From Archangiaceae bacterium (GTDB lineage: Bacteria; Myxococcota; Myxococcia; Myxococcales; Myxococcaceae), in contig JAYVCD010000371.1 in the NCBI GenBank assembly GCA_043750125.1, positions 1-11,084 of the forward strand: a stretch of 11,084 bases of DNA. Direction: 5' to 3'. Every line of letters begins with the position of its first letter. Positions within the stretch are counted from its first letter, which is position 1. This document shows, one piece after another, positions 8,522 to 11,084 of this stretch. A program made the position numbers and the translations under genes. The notes beneath the pieces are model-generated. The model saw nothing but the letters and a program-made list of their open reading frames with translations, did no database searches and was not told the origin of the DNA.

Positions 8522-8534
8522 GACGCACTGCGTC
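8522..8534. promoter_or_regulatory. Palindrome GACGCA-C-TGCGTC upstream of etfB, candidate operator
   Basis: Perfect 6-1-6 dyad ending 25 nt before the etfB ATG, within an 84-bp intergenic region. Confidence 0.45.
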
Positions 8535-8559
8535 AATTTCAATCCTGCAGAGGTCATTC

Positions 8560-9357
8560 ATGAAGATTCTCGTCACTGCCAAGCGCGTCGAAGACCCGGA
8601 GTCGAAAATCAAGGTGAAGCCGGACGGGACCGGCATCGTGGCTGAGGGGCTGAAGTACAAGATCAACCCCTTCGACGAGATCGCGGTCGAAGAGGCGCTT
8701 CGCTTGATGGCCAAGTTGCCCGGCGAAGTGGTGGTGGTGAGCATCGGCGGCAAAGAAGTGCACGAGCAGCTGCGTCACGCGCTGGCGATGGGAGCCACTC
8801 GGGCCGTCTGGGTCAATCACCCGGGCGCGCTGGACCAGATGGCGATCGCCGGCCTGCTGCAGAAGGTGGCAGAGAAAGAGAAGCCGGACCTGGCGATTCT
8901 CGGCAAGCAGAGCATCGACGATGACCAGAACCAGGTCGGTCAGTATCTGGCCGAGTGGCTGGGTTGGAGTCAGGCGACGTTTGCTTCGAAGGTCGAGTCG
9001 TTCGATTCGGACTCCGAGAAGAACAAGGTCCCGGCCCTGGTGGTGAGCGCCGATGCCAAGACGGTGCGCGTGGTGCGGGAAGTCGACGGCGGGCTCAACA
9101 CTCTGGAATGCAAGCTGCCGGCGGTGGTGACCACCGACCTGCGCTTGAACCAGCCGCGCTACGCGTCGCTGCCGGGGATCATGAAGGCGAAGAGCAAGGT
9201 GATCGAAGAGCTGACTCCGGCGGGGTTGGGAGTGGATGTGACTCCGAAGCTGTCGATTTCGAAGATGTCGAGCCCTCCTGCGCGCAAGGCTGGGATCAAG
9301 GTGCCGGACGTTGCGACGCTGGTGCAGAAGCTCAAGACCGAAGCAAAAGTGATCTGA
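8560..9357 (+). CDS. etfB: Electron transfer flavoprotein subunit beta, 265 aa
   Basis: MKILVTAKRVED, INPFDEIAVEEALRL, GKQSIDDD, REVDGG and DLRLNQPRYASLPGIMKAK. Start moved to ATG 8560 behind GAGG (8550-8553). Confidence 0.96.
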   Translation: MKILVTAKRVEDPESKIKVKPDGTGIVAEGLKYKINPFDEIAVEEALRLMAKLPGEVVVVSIGGKEVHEQLRHALAMGATRAVWVNHPGALDQMAIAGLLQKVAEKEKPDLAILGKQSIDDDQNQVGQYLAEWLGWSQATFASKVESFDSDSEKNKVPALVVSADAKTVRVVREVDGGLNTLECKLPAVVTTDLRLNQPRYASLPGIMKAKSKVIEELTPAGLGVDVTPKLSISKMSSPPARKAGIKVPDVATLVQKLKTEAKVI

Positions 9358-9370
9358 AAAGGAGCCCATC

Positions 9371-10333
9371 ATGCCCATCGTTCTCATCATTGCCGAAGCC
9401 CAGCCCGACGGTTCCATTCGCAAAGCCACGCTGCACGCGCTCGCCGCAGGTGCGCAGCTCGCCCAGAAGATCGGAGGTGAGCTCCACGCGGTCGCCCTGG
9501 CGAAAGACGCGAGCGCGCTCGCGAACACCGTAAAAGAATACGGAGTGAAGGTGGTTCACGCCGCCAGTGGCCCGCAGTTCGAGCACTACCTGGCTGAGAC
9601 CTTCGGCCCGGCGGTGGCGGAGCTCGCGGTGTCGATCAAGGCCGAGTACGTCGGTGCCGCCGCGACCGCGATGGGGCGAGATCTGCTTCCGCGCGCTGCT
9701 GCTCGGCTCAAGGCCGCGATGGCCAGCGACGTGATGGGCTTTGGGGGGGCTGGGGCCGACCTCACGTTCACCCGCCCGATGTGGGCCGGCAGCGTGATTG
9801 CCGAAGTGAAGCTCACCAGCGCGGTGAAGTGCTTTACGGTTCGTGCGACCGAGTTCGACGCGGCAGCCAAGAGCGGGGCAGGGGAAGTGAAGGCCTTCAC
9901 TCCCGCCGCGGTCAGCTCGCCGACGACGTTCGTCGACTTCAAGGAAGTAAAGAGCGCCCGCCCTGAGCTGACGGAAGCGAAGATCGTCGTCTCTGGAGGC
10001 CGTGGGACCAAGGGCGACTTCAAGGAAGTCGAAGCGCTCGCCGATGAGCTCGGAGCGGCGGTCGGAGCCTCTCGCGCGGTATGCGACGCCGGCTGGGTCC
10101 CCAACGATCTGCAGGTGGGTCAGACCGGTAAGGTCGTGGCTCCCGGGCTGTACATCGCGGCAGGTATCAGCGGCGCGATCCAGCACCTGGCGGGGATGAA
10201 GGGCAGCAAGGTGATCGTGGCGATCAACAAGGATCCCGAGGCGCCCATCTTCCAGGTCGCCGACTACGGCCTGGTCGCAGACCTCTTCAAGGCGCTTCCC
10301 GAGCTGCGCGCGGGCATCAAGGCGTCGAAGTAG
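9371..10333 (+). CDS. etfA: Electron transfer flavoprotein subunit alpha, 320 aa
   Basis: [60 protein letters not shown] and [17 protein letters not shown]. Confidence 0.97.
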   Translation: MPIVLIIAEAQPDGSIRKATLHALAAGAQLAQKIGGELHAVALAKDASALANTVKEYGVKVVHAASGPQFEHYLAETFGPAVAELAVSIKAEYVGAAATAMGRDLLPRAAARLKAAMASDVMGFGGAGADLTFTRPMWAGSVIAEVKLTSAVKCFTVRATEFDAAAKSGAGEVKAFTPAAVSSPTTFVDFKEVKSARPELTEAKIVVSGGRGTKGDFKEVEALADELGAAVGASRAVCDAGWVPNDLQVGQTGKVVAPGLYIAAGISGAIQHLAGMKGSKVIVAINKDPEAPIFQVADYGLVADLFKALPELRAGIKASK

Positions 10334-11084
10334 TTGAGCGTCCTCTACGCCTCAGCGGAAGCCGCGCTGCCGGTCGATGAGTCGTTTTTGAAGGGCCTGG
10401 GGATTCACCGGGTTCCGGTGCCCGTGCCGTTTCTCGAGGCGGGCGGGCCGGCGAACGTCTACGTCCTCGAGAACGCAGACGACACGCTGACGCTCTTCGA
10501 CTGCGGCATTGCGACCGATGTCGCGCGCGCTGCGTTGAAGAAGGGTTTTGAGGACCGCGGCCTCGACCGCTCGAAGATTCGTACCCTGATCATCAGCCAC
10601 GGGCACGTCGATCATTACGGCAACGCGCAGGAGCTCGCGGAAGAGACCGGCGCGACCATCTGGGTGCACCCGGCCGACATCGAGAAGATCTGCGGCGAGG
10701 GCCGCTGGAACAAACAGGTCGAACAGGCGATCCCCTACTTTCTGCGGCTGGGGGTCTCACGGGCGACGCTCGACTTGATGGTCGAAGGAGCGCGCCGCAT
10801 CGGCACCTTCGCCCGCCAGGTGGATCGTGCGCGGGTGAAGCTGTTGGTTCACGGGCAGCGGTTCGACTTCAAGCACCTGTCGGTCGAGGTCCTGCACATG
10901 CCGGGGCACACGCCGGGGCTCGTCTGTCTGTACAGCGCGGCCCAGAAGCTGCTGTTCGCCGATGATCATGTCCTCGCGCGCGTCTCTCCGAACCCCCTTT
11001 TGGATCTGTCGGCGGGCGAGGGGGCCTTCAAGTTCCGCGCGCTCTGCGCCTACATCAAGAGCGCCAAGGTGGTGCACGCGATGG
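10334..11084 (+). CDS. Metallo-beta-lactamase-fold hydrolase, 3'-truncated by the window (not in the ORF track)
   Basis: My translation of the open frame from TTG 10334 gives GIHRVPVPVPFLEAGGPANVYV, LTLFDCG, SHGHVDHYG (HxHxDH, 10598-10615), HMPGHTPG and LLFADDHVLARVSPNP. There is no stop before the window end. The start codon is uncertain. Confidence 0.88.
   Translation, partial: MSVLYASAEAALPVDESFLKGLGIHRVPVPVPFLEAGGPANVYVLENADDTLTLFDCGIATDVARAALKKGFEDRGLDRSKIRTLIISHGHVDHYGNAQELAEETGATIWVHPADIEKICGEGRWNKQVEQAIPYFLRLGVSRATLDLMVEGARRIGTFARQVDRARVKLLVHGQRFDFKHLSVEVLHMPGHTPGLVCLYSAAQKLLFADDHVLARVSPNPLLDLSAGEGAFKFRALCAYIKSAKVVHAM

Noticed and set aside
8503-8559. Upstream start of etfB given in the ORF track
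   Set aside because: EtfB homology begins at MKILV (8560), which has an SD sequence. The extension covers the regulatory gap.
10334-11084. MBL-fold gene as an antibiotic-resistance beta-lactamase
   Set aside because: It has no signal peptide and sits in a housekeeping context. HxHxDH is shared by the whole superfamily.

Overview
High-GC bacterial window, probably Myxococcota, judged from the Cys-rich surface protein and an EtfB insertion I recall from myxobacteria (inference). The left end has a KpsF/GutQ-family sugar-phosphate isomerase (kdsD-like, minus strand, real start about 1032) divergent from a transaldolase. Next come two predicted lipoproteins: a parvulin-type PPIase and a 1497-aa surface protein. 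The large protein has an invasin-like Ig domain, a stalk of 14 Asp/Cys-rich repeats (110 Cys) and a C-terminal Ig-like, putatively Ca-binding head. The right half is an acyl-CoA oxidation cluster (acyl-CoA dehydrogenase, etfB, etfA) followed by a metallo-beta-lactamase-fold hydrolase that runs off the window and is missing from the ORF track. The most interesting element is the PPIase + giant lipoprotein pair. Its repeats resemble the teneurin cysteine-rich motif, show a period-3 super-repeat, and have a Cys pattern that predicts disulfides linking adjacent units. No mobile element, CRISPR array or RNA gene was seen.
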